Part shown: positions 20,760-30,943 of the stretch, in pieces | Layout of the letters: every line of letters begins with the position of its first letter | Position numbering within the stretch: position 1 is the stretch's first letter | Origin: Acidobacteriota bacterium | GTDB taxonomy: Bacteria > Acidobacteriota > UBA6911 | Length of the DNA: 64,000 bases | Assembly: GCA_963664705.1 (NCBI GenBank) | Contig: OY761556.1 | Coordinates: 3,968,001-4,032,000 of the forward strand | Direction of reading: 5' to 3' | Notes under the pieces: generated by a model | What the model saw: only the letters and a program-made list of their open reading frames with translations | Told to the model about the DNA's origin: nothing | Database searches by the model: none | Position numbers and translations under genes: made by a program

Positions 20760-21398
20760 TCAAACACCTCTCTGAATATCGGGCCAGACGATCTTGTGCA
20801 ACTGCACCTGCATTCGTACAGGCAATCCGCAATGCAATATCCAATCAGCCAGATTCGCATTGGTGACTTTCGAATGCACCGGAGAAAACAACACGGCAGA
20901 CACGCGGGATATCAAATCATAGCGGCGGATCATACCGCATGCCCAGTCGAAATCTTCCTTGTCTCCCACCACAAATTTCACTTCGTCCGCTCGGGTAAGG
21001 CACAGCACATTTTCCAGTCGGTTGTGCACTTCCATCCCGCTGGAGGGGCATTTAAAATCCATGATTTTATGTATGCGCGGATCCACATCCGCGAGCGAGA
21101 TCTGGCCGCCGGTTTCAAGCAGCACAACATATCCCCGATCCAGTAGTGCGCGGAAAAGCGCATGAACCGATTCCTGCAGCATCGGTTCTCCGCCGGTTAC
21201 AAGAGCGAACCGCGTGGGAAATGGCTCGATTTTGTCAAGGATCTGCTCAACAGCCATCTCGGTGCCTTCATAAAAGGCATATTCCGAATCGCAGTAGGTA
21301 CAGCGAAGATTGCATCCGCTAAGTCTTATAAAAGCGAAAGGAAGCCCCGCATAGGTAGACTCGCCCTGGATACTGAAAAAAATTTCATTAACTTTCAT
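20760..21398 (-). CDS. queE: 7-carboxy-7-deazaguanine synthase (radical SAM)
   Basis: [39 protein letters not shown]. Confidence 0.9.
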   Translation of the reverse strand: MKVNEIFFSIQGESTYAGLPFAFIRLSGCNLRCTYCDSEYAFYEGTEMAVEQILDKIEPFPTRFALVTGGEPMLQESVHALFRALLDRGYVVLLETGGQISLADVDPRIHKIMDFKCPSSGMEVHNRLENVLCLTRADEVKFVVGDKEDFDWACGMIRRYDLISRVSAVLFSPVHSKVTNANLADWILHCGLPVRMQVQLHKIVWPDIQRGV

Positions 21399-24207
21399 TT
21401 TTCCTTCGAGCATCCCATTTTCGATTCCCGATTATTGCCTGGCGGCCAAGAACCGAACGCAGCGCTTGCCCCGTTGCAGACACATCCAATCGCGCAACCT
21501 CCTCCGGCGTTCCCTCTGCTACAATTTTCCCACCATGTTCACCGCCGCCCGGCCCCAGATCGATGATGTGATCCGCCATTTTGATTACATCCAGATTATG
21601 CTCGATCACGACAACGGTATTGCCCATATCCACCAGGCTGTTCAGGATATCGAGGAGTTTTTTAACATCATGGAAATGCAATCCGGTCGTTGGTTCGTCC
21701 AATATATACAGCGTTCGGCCTGTTGCCCGCCGGCTTAATTCCTTGGACAGTTTGACCCGTTGGGCCTCGCCGCCTGAAAGCGTGGTTGCGGACTGTCCCA
21801 GCTGGACGTATCCAAGGCCGACTTCATTTAGAGTCTGCAGCTTCTGTGCAATGGCCGGGATGTTCTCCAGCAGCGAGTAGGCATCTCCGATATTCATCTC
21901 CAGCAGATCTGCGATGGAATATCCCTTGTATTTCACGGCAAGCGTCTCACGGTTATAGCGCTTGCCCTGGCAGGTTTCACAGAGTACGTGGACATCGGGA
22001 AGAAAACTCATCTCAATCCGTCGAAGGCCATCGCCCTGACATGCTTCACACCGTCCACCCTTTACATTGAAGCTGAATCGGCCCGCCTTGTAACCACGGA
22101 TTCGCGATTCGGGAAGCATGGCAAATAGCTCGCGCAGGGGAGTAAACAAGCCCGTATATGTCGCAGGATTTGAACGCGGCGTTCGCCCGATGGGTGACTG
22201 GTCAATCTCGATTACCTTGTCCAGGTGCTCCATCCCTGTTATCTCTCCATAGCGACCAGGGTTCGTCAAAGCCCGGTGCAGCTTTCTGGAAAGGACACTG
22301 TAGAGAATATCTCCGACCAGAGAGGACTTGCCCGCCCCCGAAACTCCGGTAACACAGATGAAAAGCCCGAGCGGGAATTCCACATCAATGTTGTGAAGGT
22401 TATTCTGCTGGGCAGCCTTTACCACCAGCCTTTTGCCATTCCCTTCTCTTCTTTTTTCCGGATAGTCGATGCGGAGTTCGCCGGTCAGGTATTTGCCGGT
22501 AAAGGAGTCCGTGGCCTTCATGACATCCTCAATTGGGCCGGCAGCGACAATCTCACCGCCAGCGCGTCCGCCGCCGGGGCCTAAATCCACAATGTAATCC
22601 GCACTCCGCATCGTCTCCTCATCATGCTCGACCACCAGGATCGTGTTCCCCAAATCTCTTAGATCTGCCAGTGTATTGAGCAGACGCCGGTTGTCGATCG
22701 GATGAAGTCCGATGGAAGGTTCGTCCAAGACGTACAGCACGCCGCGAAGTTTGGATCCGATCTGCGTTGCCAGCCGGATTCGTTGGCCCTCGCCGCCGGA
22801 CAACGTCGAAGCGGGCCGGTCCAGGGAAAGATAGCCAACGCCCACATTCAGCAGAAACTCCATGCGATCCTGAATTTCCCGGAGTATCTGCCCGGCAATC
22901 TTCAATTCCCGTGTTGAAAGCTGAATTTCGCGAAATGCCTTCTCCGCACTTTCCAGCGAAAGCCTGGCGTAATCCGAGATCGACAGGTCGTTGATCTTGA
23001 CGGATCTGCTTTCCGGGCGCAACCGAGCGCCTTTGCAGGCAGCACAGTCGGTTACAGAGAAGAGTTTTGCCACTTCCTCCTGAAGGTTTGAATTCGAGTC
23101 GGTTTCAAGCACGGACTTCAGCCACCGATCAATTCCCCAGAATCCTCCGGGCTCGCCGCTTCCAAAAAAGAATGCTTCTTTGACTTTGGCTGGAATCTTT
23201 TCGAATGAAGTCTTGCCGTCTATTTTATGCTTACGCGTTACCCGGAGAAGCGACTCGTGCAAGTGGGCGGCAATTCTGGCATTTTCGATTGAAAACTTCA
23301 GTTTTGCGATGGGCTGATCGGGATCGAGTATCAGGTTATCCGGATTGACGGTCAACTGAGTCCCCATGCCCTGACACTCCGGACATGCCCCGTGCCGGGA
23401 ATTGAAGGAAAAAGACCGCGGCTCCAGGGTGGGGATGCTGATTCCGCAGTCGACACATGCCTGCCGCTCGGAAAAGAGCTTTTCCTCAATATCAACCGCG
23501 GATATCGTCACAAGCCCCTCTGCCAGTTCCAGCGCAGCCTTCACCGACATCTCCAGGCGGCGCCGGATGCCGGACTTGATAAGAACTCGATCCACAACCA
23601 CGTCGACGCTGTGGTTGCGATTCTTGGTCAGCCGGATATCTTCCTCGAGTTCGCGCATCTCACCATCGACGCGCGCGCGCAGATAGCCTTTTTTCAGATA
23701 GGTCTCAAAAAGCTTTTTGAATTCTCCCTTCCGATCCCGAACCACCGGCGCCAGGATGATCACGCGCGAATCTTCAGGATAGGAAGCAACCAGATCCACG
23801 ATCTGTTCGACAGTCTGATGCGAAATTGGCTTGCCGCAAATATGGCAATTGGGCTTTCCGATTGAAGCGAACAGCAGACGCATGTAGTCGTAGATTTCGG
23901 TCACCGTTCCCACGGTTGAGCGCGGACTGCGGCTTGTTGTCTTCTGCTCAATGCTTATGGCCGGCGATAGACCTTCGGCACTGTCGACATCCGGCTTCTC
24001 CATTCGTTCAAGAAATTGCCGGGCATACGCCGAAAGCGATTCTATATATCGCCGCTGACCCTCCGCATATATCGTATCGAACGCAAGACTGGATTTGCCT
24101 GATCCCGACAGCCCGGTAACAACCGTAAGCTTGTGTCTTGGGATCTCAACACTGATGTTTTTGAGATTATGCTGGCGTGCGCCGCGCACTACTATTTTGT
24201 CTAACAT
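21388..24207 (-). CDS. uvrA: Excinuclease ABC subunit A
   Basis: [23 protein letters not shown], two NBDs, Zn fingers, [11 protein letters not shown]. Confidence 0.99.
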   Translation of the reverse strand: MLDKIVVRGARQHNLKNISVEIPRHKLTVVTGLSGSGKSSLAFDTIYAEGQRRYIESLSAYARQFLERMEKPDVDSAEGLSPAISIEQKTTSRSPRSTVGTVTEIYDYMRLLFASIGKPNCHICGKPISHQTVEQIVDLVASYPEDSRVIILAPVVRDRKGEFKKLFETYLKKGYLRARVDGEMRELEEDIRLTKNRNHSVDVVVDRVLIKSGIRRRLEMSVKAALELAEGLVTISAVDIEEKLFSERQACVDCGISIPTLEPRSFSFNSRHGACPECQGMGTQLTVNPDNLILDPDQPIAKLKFSIENARIAAHLHESLLRVTRKHKIDGKTSFEKIPAKVKEAFFFGSGEPGGFWGIDRWLKSVLETDSNSNLQEEVAKLFSVTDCAACKGARLRPESRSVKINDLSISDYARLSLESAEKAFREIQLSTRELKIAGQILREIQDRMEFLLNVGVGYLSLDRPASTLSGGEGQRIRLATQIGSKLRGVLYVLDEPSIGLHPIDNRRLLNTLADLRDLGNTILVVEHDEETMRSADYIVDLGPGGGRAGGEIVAAGPIEDVMKATDSFTGKYLTGELRIDYPEKRREGNGKRLVVKAAQQNNLHNIDVEFPLGLFICVTGVSGAGKSSLVGDILYSVLSRKLHRALTNPGRYGEITGMEHLDKVIEIDQSPIGRTPRSNPATYTGLFTPLRELFAMLPESRIRGYKAGRFSFNVKGGRCEACQGDGLRRIEMSFLPDVHVLCETCQGKRYNRETLAVKYKGYSIADLLEMNIGDAYSLLENIPAIAQKLQTLNEVGLGYVQLGQSATTLSGGEAQRVKLSKELSRRATGRTLYILDEPTTGLHFHDVKKLLDILNSLVDMGNTVVVIEHNLDVIKMADHIIDLGPGGGEHGGKIVAEGTPEEVARLDVSATGQALRSVLGRQAIIGNRKWDARRKNES

Positions 24208-24277
24208 GAACGGACCAAATCGTTAATTTTATTCTCATCATTCAAGGAGACAAGAGCTCGAAGTCTTCTGCGAGTCT

Positions 24278-26188
24278 CTACCCTTTTTCGGTTTGCTTTA
24301 CAATCGACCGGTAGGTAGCCCAAGTCAACAGACATAGCACCAGGACCGATAGAATATCCCTTGCCGGAACCGAGCGGATGAATGCGAGCGGTAGTTGTAC
24401 GTCAAGCCCAATCGGGATTGCCAGAAAAATACCGGTCAGGGCTTCCCCCGCAACCAGTCCGGCACATACCACCGTCCCGGTCTGAATGGCCAATTCCATT
24501 TTTGAAGAACCCTTATATTTCCGGCTGACCAGAAGGTGCACAATTCCGCCGAGCAGAATAGGAAGCGTTGTGGTAAATGGGAGATAGATCCCCACCGCAA
24601 CAGCCATGGGACTGATCCCAAAGCTGGATCCGCGATGCTTCAGATATTCCCCGAGGATAATCAGAAAAATCGCAAACACAGCACCGAAACCGATCATATT
24701 CCAGGGCAAACTGGACCCTTCCATGAACAGGCCTTTGGCCATAGCGGAAAACATGCTTGCCTGGGGAGCAAGCAGCTTATCCGACCCTATTCCAAATGCC
24801 CTGTCCAGGAAAGCCATGAGCGGCGCGGCCAGAAGCGATGTCGCAACCACGGCGATGATCAATCCGGCCTGCAGGGATTTTGGTTGCCCGCCGACAATCA
24901 TGGCTGTTCTGAAATTCTGCGCGGCCGTTCCCGAAAGGCACGCAGCCAGGCAAACGACGCCTGAAATCAGCAGAATGGTGCGAACCGCTTCCGCACCTGC
25001 CAGTCGCCCTGCAAATAGAAAGACGGCGGCCAGCAGAAACGTGCAAATCGTGATCCCGGATACGGGCTGATTTGTGCTCCCGATCAGTCCAACGATATAC
25101 ACGGAAATCGCCACAAAGAAGAAAACCGCAAGCACTGTATACAAGGTCGCGATCCCTGCTCCGAGCGGACTCACATTGTAAAAATATATTCCGGCCGCTA
25201 TGAGGATTCCGGTAATGATGAAAAACCAGATCGTTCCCCTCTGCAGGTCGGTCTCACGGGACTCGCCTGAAGCACCGTCTGCAGTCCTGGTTTCGCTCAG
25301 CCCCACGACCGCAGATCGAATGCCGGCAGCCAGTTGTCCCCGGATCTTCACAATGGACCACAAGCCACCAATGGTCATGCCTCCAACCCCGATGTATCGC
25401 ACCTGGTTCGCCCACATGGCTGATGCGGCCGCGTCCGGTGCTCCCGCAACGTGCTGCAATGCCGTAAACAGAGGAATGAAAAAGAGCCAGGCAAGTGCGC
25501 CGCCCAGCGCTACAAGCGCAGCACCATCGAATTCAATGATGAAGCCAACGCCGACAAGTGCAGCCGAGACATCCGAGCCCAACCGAAAAACGGCACTCCC
25601 CAGGCGAAAGGCACCCGAGACCGTCTCCTGAAAAACAGAGATCCCCGAAGATAAAACCTTCACGGCAAACCCGCCGAAAAAGGCGGCAATGACGCTGCGA
25701 ATCCCTTCGCGACGCCCTTCTCCGAACGCGGCCATTCCCGTTTTCAGGATTTCGGCGGTAGCCACGCCCTCGGGGTATTTTAGCTCCTTGGATTCCACAA
25801 CCATGGGACGACGAAGAAACCCGGTGAGAACAATCCCTAATATGCTGCCGGCCAGAACTGCCAGCGTGACGGTGGCATATTCCGCCGTTCCCCACGCGGC
25901 AAATGGCTTTAGAGCGCCGGACAATACAAGCGCCGGGAACACGAAAATGACACCTGCGGCAAGTCCCTCTCCGACGGAACCTGTGGCTTGCGACAGATTG
26001 ACCTCCGCCACCGAGCGGGTGCGCATTATGGTGTGAAAGAGTATCAGGGCAATGACGCTGCAGGGTATGTTCGCACTGATGGTTATCCCAACCTTCAGCC
26101 CAAGATACATATTTGCGGCGGCCATGGCCAGGCTCAATACAACACCCACCACAATTGCCCTAAGTGTAAACTCCCTGCTGTTCTGCAT
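24278..26188 (-). CDS. OPT-family oligopeptide transporter
   Basis: REFTLRA, NMYLGLKVG, LKYPEGVATAE, LAPQASMF, GLVAGEAL. Start at MQNSREF (26188). Confidence 0.92.
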   Translation of the reverse strand: MQNSREFTLRAIVVGVVLSLAMAAANMYLGLKVGITISANIPCSVIALILFHTIMRTRSVAEVNLSQATGSVGEGLAAGVIFVFPALVLSGALKPFAAWGTAEYATVTLAVLAGSILGIVLTGFLRRPMVVESKELKYPEGVATAEILKTGMAAFGEGRREGIRSVIAAFFGGFAVKVLSSGISVFQETVSGAFRLGSAVFRLGSDVSAALVGVGFIIEFDGAALVALGGALAWLFFIPLFTALQHVAGAPDAAASAMWANQVRYIGVGGMTIGGLWSIVKIRGQLAAGIRSAVVGLSETRTADGASGESRETDLQRGTIWFFIITGILIAAGIYFYNVSPLGAGIATLYTVLAVFFFVAISVYIVGLIGSTNQPVSGITICTFLLAAVFLFAGRLAGAEAVRTILLISGVVCLAACLSGTAAQNFRTAMIVGGQPKSLQAGLIIAVVATSLLAAPLMAFLDRAFGIGSDKLLAPQASMFSAMAKGLFMEGSSLPWNMIGFGAVFAIFLIILGEYLKHRGSSFGISPMAVAVGIYLPFTTTLPILLGGIVHLLVSRKYKGSSKMELAIQTGTVVCAGLVAGEALTGIFLAIPIGLDVQLPLAFIRSVPARDILSVLVLCLLTWATYRSIVKQTEKG

Positions 26189-26205
26189 ACGTGCGCCCCG
26201 CCTCT

Positions 26206-26925
26206 TCAGGAATGATCCGCTGTCACTGCACGGTCCCGGCTTCGAATCCGTGAAAAATGCCACGGGAGATATAGCAACCAAAACGATACAAATGCAATCG
26301 CCTCGACAGACAATAAATACCACGGCCATGGGCCAAGCACATCAAACAATGACGCAGCGTCCGGCTTTCGGCAGAGATATCCGTAATTCCAGCCCATCGC
26401 CCAATCCAGGATCCCTACGACCAATCCATACAGGTTCAAAGCGGCCATCATCTTCAGTATGGTTTTGGGACTGGGACTGAATCGACCATCCGAAACGAGA
26501 AAAATGATCCCCGTCAACGTCACGCCATGTCCCCAGAAAAATTGAATGAAATCCCAGGAAGGAAATCCTGAAACAAGGTCCGGCGTGGCCGTTGCCTGCA
26601 AAACGCCACCCAATCCACAGAAATAGGCAATCTCGGTAAGGAACCGGTTCGGACAGAAAAGCGAAATAGCGCACGCAGCCAGGATCAGATTACACAGGTC
26701 CAGGGGCAGCGAATACCGCCAGGCAAGAGAGTGGGTTAAACCCTGCTGAATATATAAAGCTGCGGCATAGCCTATCAGCAGACATCCAATCAGCGGTCCC
26801 AACCACTTTCGAATACGACTGGACCTCGCTTTGAACGCTATCAGGAGACAAAAACCCAGAATGACGGCCAGAGCAATTATGTGTTGAAGGTTAAATGCTT
26901 TAAAATCCCGGATCGCCGTCGGCAT
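26206..26925 (-). CDS. YwaF/TIGR02206-like membrane protein
   Basis: LPLDLC, LQATATPDL, FFWGH, NYGYLCRKP, LGPWPWY. Confidence 0.88.
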   Translation of the reverse strand: MPTAIRDFKAFNLQHIIALAVILGFCLLIAFKARSSRIRKWLGPLIGCLLIGYAAALYIQQGLTHSLAWRYSLPLDLCNLILAACAISLFCPNRFLTEIAYFCGLGGVLQATATPDLVSGFPSWDFIQFFWGHGVTLTGIIFLVSDGRFSPSPKTILKMMAALNLYGLVVGILDWAMGWNYGYLCRKPDAASLFDVLGPWPWYLLSVEAIAFVSFWLLYLPWHFSRIRSRDRAVTADHS

Positions 26926-27146
26926 CCCATCATGTTACTACAGCCGGGACATTTTGCGCTTATTTGTGAAATGCGTGCCGCGCGGCACACCTTGGCAGCC
27001 AATCATACCAATCCTGTTTCGGTCCCTGTCCGACCCGTTTTGGAATCGAAATCCTTAGTGAGGATGAAACAACAGGGGTATCATAGGGCTCCATAACCCA
27101 AAAAAATGTTGATTAGATCGAATCAGGAGTATGGAGGCAGAGATAC

Positions 27147-28931
27147 ATGAAACTCAGAGCAATCAGCATATCGATTGTTTTGATCGCGAGCTTTTTAGCG
27201 GCGGGTGCATGGGCAGCGGATGCGGCGAAAATCGTCGTGATGAATCCGCGGGGCATCCAGCCTGAAATCCGCAAGATTCCGATGGCAAAACGCCAGGCGA
27301 CGCTCGACGACAAAACAGTCTACATCGTAGATACGAAATACCCGAACACGAAACCTTTCGTTGAAGCGCTGCTTGCGGCGCTGAAAGCCAAGTATCCGAA
27401 GACCACGTGGGTGGTGAAGGAAAAGCTCGGCGGATACATGGATGATGATCCGGCGCTGTGGAAGGAAACCAAAGAGAAAGCCGCCGCTGCCATCGTCCTG
27501 GTGGGGCATTGAAGCAGCTGCTCGCCGGCAGTTGTCGGCCATGCAGTGACACTGGAAAGAATGGGCATCCCCGCGGTACCGATGATCACAGCGCGTTTCA
27601 AAGAGCTGGTAACGACGATCTCGTACAAAAAAGGGATTCCGAACATGCGGATCACCTATACGCCGCATCCCATCACCGACAGACCCCGGGATCTTTGCGA
27701 CAAGTATGTGCAGGGCAACGATCCGAACAGCGGCCAGCCGATGCTGGAGCAGATCTATGGAGCGCTGACGAAGCCTCTGTCGGCGGAAGACGCCAAAGCC
27801 GGCTTCCTCAAGCGAGATGCGCGCCCGAGGCTGTTGCCTCCGGACACGCCGGAAAACCTGCTGGAATACTTCCACGAACACGTCTTCACCGACGGCAACC
27901 CGATCATTCTCCCGACCGAACAGAAGGTGGCGGAAATGCTGAAAGCCACCAGCCGCAAGCCGGATGAATGGGTCGGCCAGATGCGTCCCTCTCCTCCCCA
28001 TGAAGCCTGGTACTACACGGTGGAAATGGTCGCCGTGAATGCCGTCATGGCGGGAGCCAAACCGGAATACTTCCCCACGATCCTGGCGATTGCCTCCAAG
28101 GGTTTGACCTCGATGTTCAGTTCGACTTCGTCGTTTGCCCGCATGGTCGTCGTCAACGGCCCGGTGGTGAAGGAAATCGGCATGAACACCAGCATCGGAG
28201 CGCTGGGTCCGAACAACCGTGCCAACTCCTCCATCGGCCGCTGCTGGACGCTGATCTCCAAGAACCTCGGCGGATCCGGGAAACCGGGAGAAACCTACCT
28301 GGGCAGCCAGGGGAACCAGTTGAACTACAACAACCTCTGCTTCCCGGAAACGGAAGAAGGGTTGCCGGCAGGATGGAATCCGTTGTCGGTACAGAAGGGT
28401 TTCAAGAAGTCCGACAGCGTGGTCAGCCTGTTCAGCGGCTGGAGCTTCAACGATATCGCCTGGTACTCGCCGCTGCCGCAGCATGAAGTCATCCGCGGCT
28501 GGCTGGAACATTTCTTCTCGTTCGGGACGACGCAGGCAACACTGGTGCTCGATCCGATTGTGGCAGCCGACGTAGCGAACATCGGGCGCTTTGCGACGAA
28601 GGAAGCCTTTGCCAAATGGCTGGCAGACAACACCGGGACCCCTGGCTGGCTGTACTGGTCGCAGAATGCCGATGCGCTGAAGCAGGCGAAGGATGGCGTG
28701 GAGCCCTATGCCACCTGGTACAAACAGGGCATGGGCGCCGTGGTGCCGGCTTCCCGCTATAAACGCGATGGTGCGGTGCCGGCGAGGAACACATCATTCA
28801 TGGCCTCGAAGGACAGCGGCGAGCCGACCAATTCGCTCGAAATCGTGGTAACCGGCGGCGGGACGAACACGTTCTGGTCAGGCGGCGATTTCGGCTATGC
28901 GGGCAGCGCGTCCGTGGATCTCTGGAGATAG
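27147..28931 (+). CDS. Exported UGSC-family selenoprotein (594 aa; Sec122 at in-frame TGA 27510-27512, UxxC motif) fused to a large C-terminal domain
   Basis: ORFs 27147-27512 and 27546-28931 share a frame (offset 399 nt) and are separated only by TGA. Read-through gives VLVGH-U-SSCSPAVVGHAVTLERMGIP. Also GGAGG RBS, signal peptide and a downstream hairpin. Confidence 0.85.
27517..27547 (+). promoter_or_regulatory. Putative bacterial SECIS element
   Basis: Lower stem gCTGC/GCAGt, upper stem GCCGGC/GTCGGC (one G-U pair), apical loop AGTT beginning after a 17-nt spacer from the UGA, with G at loop position 2. Confidence 0.7.
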
Positions 28932-28944
28932 GAGGAACGATCAC

Positions 28945-29511
28945 ATGAAAAACAGATTAATGATAGCTGCAATGGCGCTGTTGGGATTGGTCGCATGCCT
29001 CCAGCCTGTCATGGCGCAGGAGAACACGCCCACGAATCCGGTTGCCGTAAAGGTGCCGCTGAAATCGATGGTCGAACTCGGGTCGGTGTATACCAACATC
29101 TATGACATCACGATCACGGTACTTGAAACTGTTCGCGGCAATGCGGCGCTTGAACAGCTCAAGGCGGCGGATCCGAATGTCAAGGCGCCGGCAGCGGGCT
29201 TTGATTACGTGCTGGCACGCGTCAAGTTCGAACTCAAGGGGCGCTATGTCAGCGACAACCTGTCGTTTGATCTCGGAACCGAACCGCTGCAGTGGGTTTT
29301 GCTGTCGGGCGCGGATCTGACGGAATATGACCGGGTATCACTGACGGTTCCCAAGCCTGCGCTGGCAGGCATTGTGAAACCCGGCGGTTCGATGGAAGGC
29401 TGGGTGGGCTTTGCCGTTTCTCAGAAAGACACCAAGCCGGTGATGGTATTTGATCCGGATACCGGCGGCGCCACCGGGCGCGGCAAAACTCTCTTCTTCA
29501 AAATGTATTAG
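28945..29511 (+). CDS. Exported Ig-like (DUF4352-like) protein
   Basis: AGGAGG overlaps the selenoprotein stop; signal peptide; ITVLETVRG, YVLARVKF, PGGSMEGWVGFAV, PVMVF. Confidence 0.7.
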   Translation: MKNRLMIAAMALLGLVACLQPVMAQENTPTNPVAVKVPLKSMVELGSVYTNIYDITITVLETVRGNAALEQLKAADPNVKAPAAGFDYVLARVKFELKGRYVSDNLSFDLGTEPLQWVLLSGADLTEYDRVSLTVPKPALAGIVKPGGSMEGWVGFAVSQKDTKPVMVFDPDTGGATGRGKTLFFKMY

Positions 29512-29518
29512 TAGAACA

Positions 29519-29575
29519 GGGGTCGGACCCGGGAAAGTCCATATTGAAGACACGGAACTCCAAAGGTTCGACCCC
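29519..29575. repeat. Inverted repeat pair GGGGTCGGACC ... GGTTCGACCCC (REP-like)
   Basis: 11-bp arms pair with one G-T; the left arm is itself a mini-palindrome (GGGTC-G-GACCC). Confidence 0.55.
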
Positions 29576-29586
29576 AAGGCGACAAC

Positions 29587-30861
29587 ATGCTATTTGATCA
29601 GTTTGTTCAGCTGCTGCCCACTGAGGGGATCAAAATTGTTCTGGTTCTCTTCCTGGCTTTTCTCATTGGCCTGGAGAGAGAGGAACACAAAGCCAATGAA
29701 ACCCACTACTCCTTCGGAGGAGTGCGCACCTTTCCGCTCATTGCGCTCATTGGCTATTCGATTGCCCTTTTGGCTGGGAAACAGATATGGCCTGTTGTTC
29801 TGGGCTTTCTGGCCGTTGCTGGATTCCTGATGCTCTCTTATTGGCGTAAAGTCACTACGCCATTGGAAGATCAAATGCCGGGCGTGACATCCGAACTATC
29901 CGGGCTGATCACATACCTGGTAGGGCCGCTCGTTTATCACGACTTTTTCTGGATCGCGACCACTCTCACGGTAGCCAGCATCCTTCTGCTCGAGCTAAAG
30001 GATGTACTGGAGGGATTAACCAAGCGCATAGCCCCACACGAGATCCTCACCTTCACAAAATTCCTGCTGCTGACTGCTGTAATTCTACCGGTACTCCCGA
30101 ATCAGTCATTCGGGCGTTTTCAAATCAACCCATTTAAAACCTGGCTGATTGTTGTCGCGGTCAGCTCGGTTTCGTACGGCAGCTATCTGCTGCTGCAATT
30201 CACCAAAGGAAGCGGGATTCAACTCTCGGCAGTTCTTGGAGGCATCTATTCCTCGACCGCAACAACAGTGGCGCTGGCTAAGAGGTCCACTCGCGAAACA
30301 CACCCCCATCTGTTTTCGGGATCGATTCTCATGGCCTCTGCTTTCATGTATCTCCGGCTGACAATTTTGATCGGAATCTTCAACTGGGAACTGATGCGGA
30401 TACTGGCCATCCCCTTTATCAGCCTGGCTGTAGTCGCGGGGGTTACCGGTTTGTTATGGTCGCGCCGCCTTGACGGACCTCACGAGGAATTGCATCGTCA
30501 ATACCAGCATGAAAATCCGCTGGAGATGCGAGCAGCATTTTTCTTTGCTGCCATCTTCATCGTCATTCTGGTGTTTACCAGGCTGGTGTATTCCTACATG
30601 GGAAACAGGGGAGCCTATTTGCTGGGAGCGATAGTCGGATTCGCCGATGTAGATCCGTTTATCATGAGCATGACCCAGGCTACCGGGATAACCGCCCAGT
30701 TGAATGTGAGCGCGGGCGCTATTATTCTCGCGACCACGAGCAACAACCTCGCCAAAGGGACATATGCCTATTTCTTTGGCAGTCACGACGCCGGCCGCGA
30801 GGCTTTCATTCTTTTGGTGGGATTGGCGGCTGCCGGACTCATCCCTCTATTCCTGCTCTAA
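29587..30861 (+). CDS. MgtC/SapB plus DUF4010 membrane protein
   Basis: LIGLERE, GGVRTFPLI, GGIYSSTATT, GFADVDP, NNLAK. Confidence 0.9.
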   Translation: MLFDQFVQLLPTEGIKIVLVLFLAFLIGLEREEHKANETHYSFGGVRTFPLIALIGYSIALLAGKQIWPVVLGFLAVAGFLMLSYWRKVTTPLEDQMPGVTSELSGLITYLVGPLVYHDFFWIATTLTVASILLLELKDVLEGLTKRIAPHEILTFTKFLLLTAVILPVLPNQSFGRFQINPFKTWLIVVAVSSVSYGSYLLLQFTKGSGIQLSAVLGGIYSSTATTVALAKRSTRETHPHLFSGSILMASAFMYLRLTILIGIFNWELMRILAIPFISLAVVAGVTGLLWSRRLDGPHEELHRQYQHENPLEMRAAFFFAAIFIVILVFTRLVYSYMGNRGAYLLGAIVGFADVDPFIMSMTQATGITAQLNVSAGAIILATTSNNLAKGTYAYFFGSHDAGREAFILLVGLAAAGLIPLFLL

Positions 30862-30943
30862 GCCCAATTTTTCCGCTCACTCCATGAGATTAATGGTGAA
30901 GCGAAGCTGCACATTCACCGTGAAACTGCGTAAATCTAGCGCC

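Noticed and set aside
26983-26997. sigma54-like GGCAC..TTGGCA upstream of the selenoprotein
   Set aside because: GG-to-GC spacing is 9 nt rather than the required 10.
27195-28511. 438-aa antisense ORF
   Set aside because: Shadow of a GC3-rich gene; no motifs and unnatural composition.
27147-28931. Two separate genes, or a nonsense pseudogene
   Set aside because: Same frame, stop is TGA exactly at the first position of an xxC motif, a SECIS-like hairpin follows, and the second ORF has no RBS. Recoding explains this better.
29512-29586. GGTTCGA T-loop-like sequence suggesting a tRNA (for example selC) next to the selenoprotein
   Set aside because: No 5-bp T-stem, no acceptor stem and no UCA anticodon arm can be formed.
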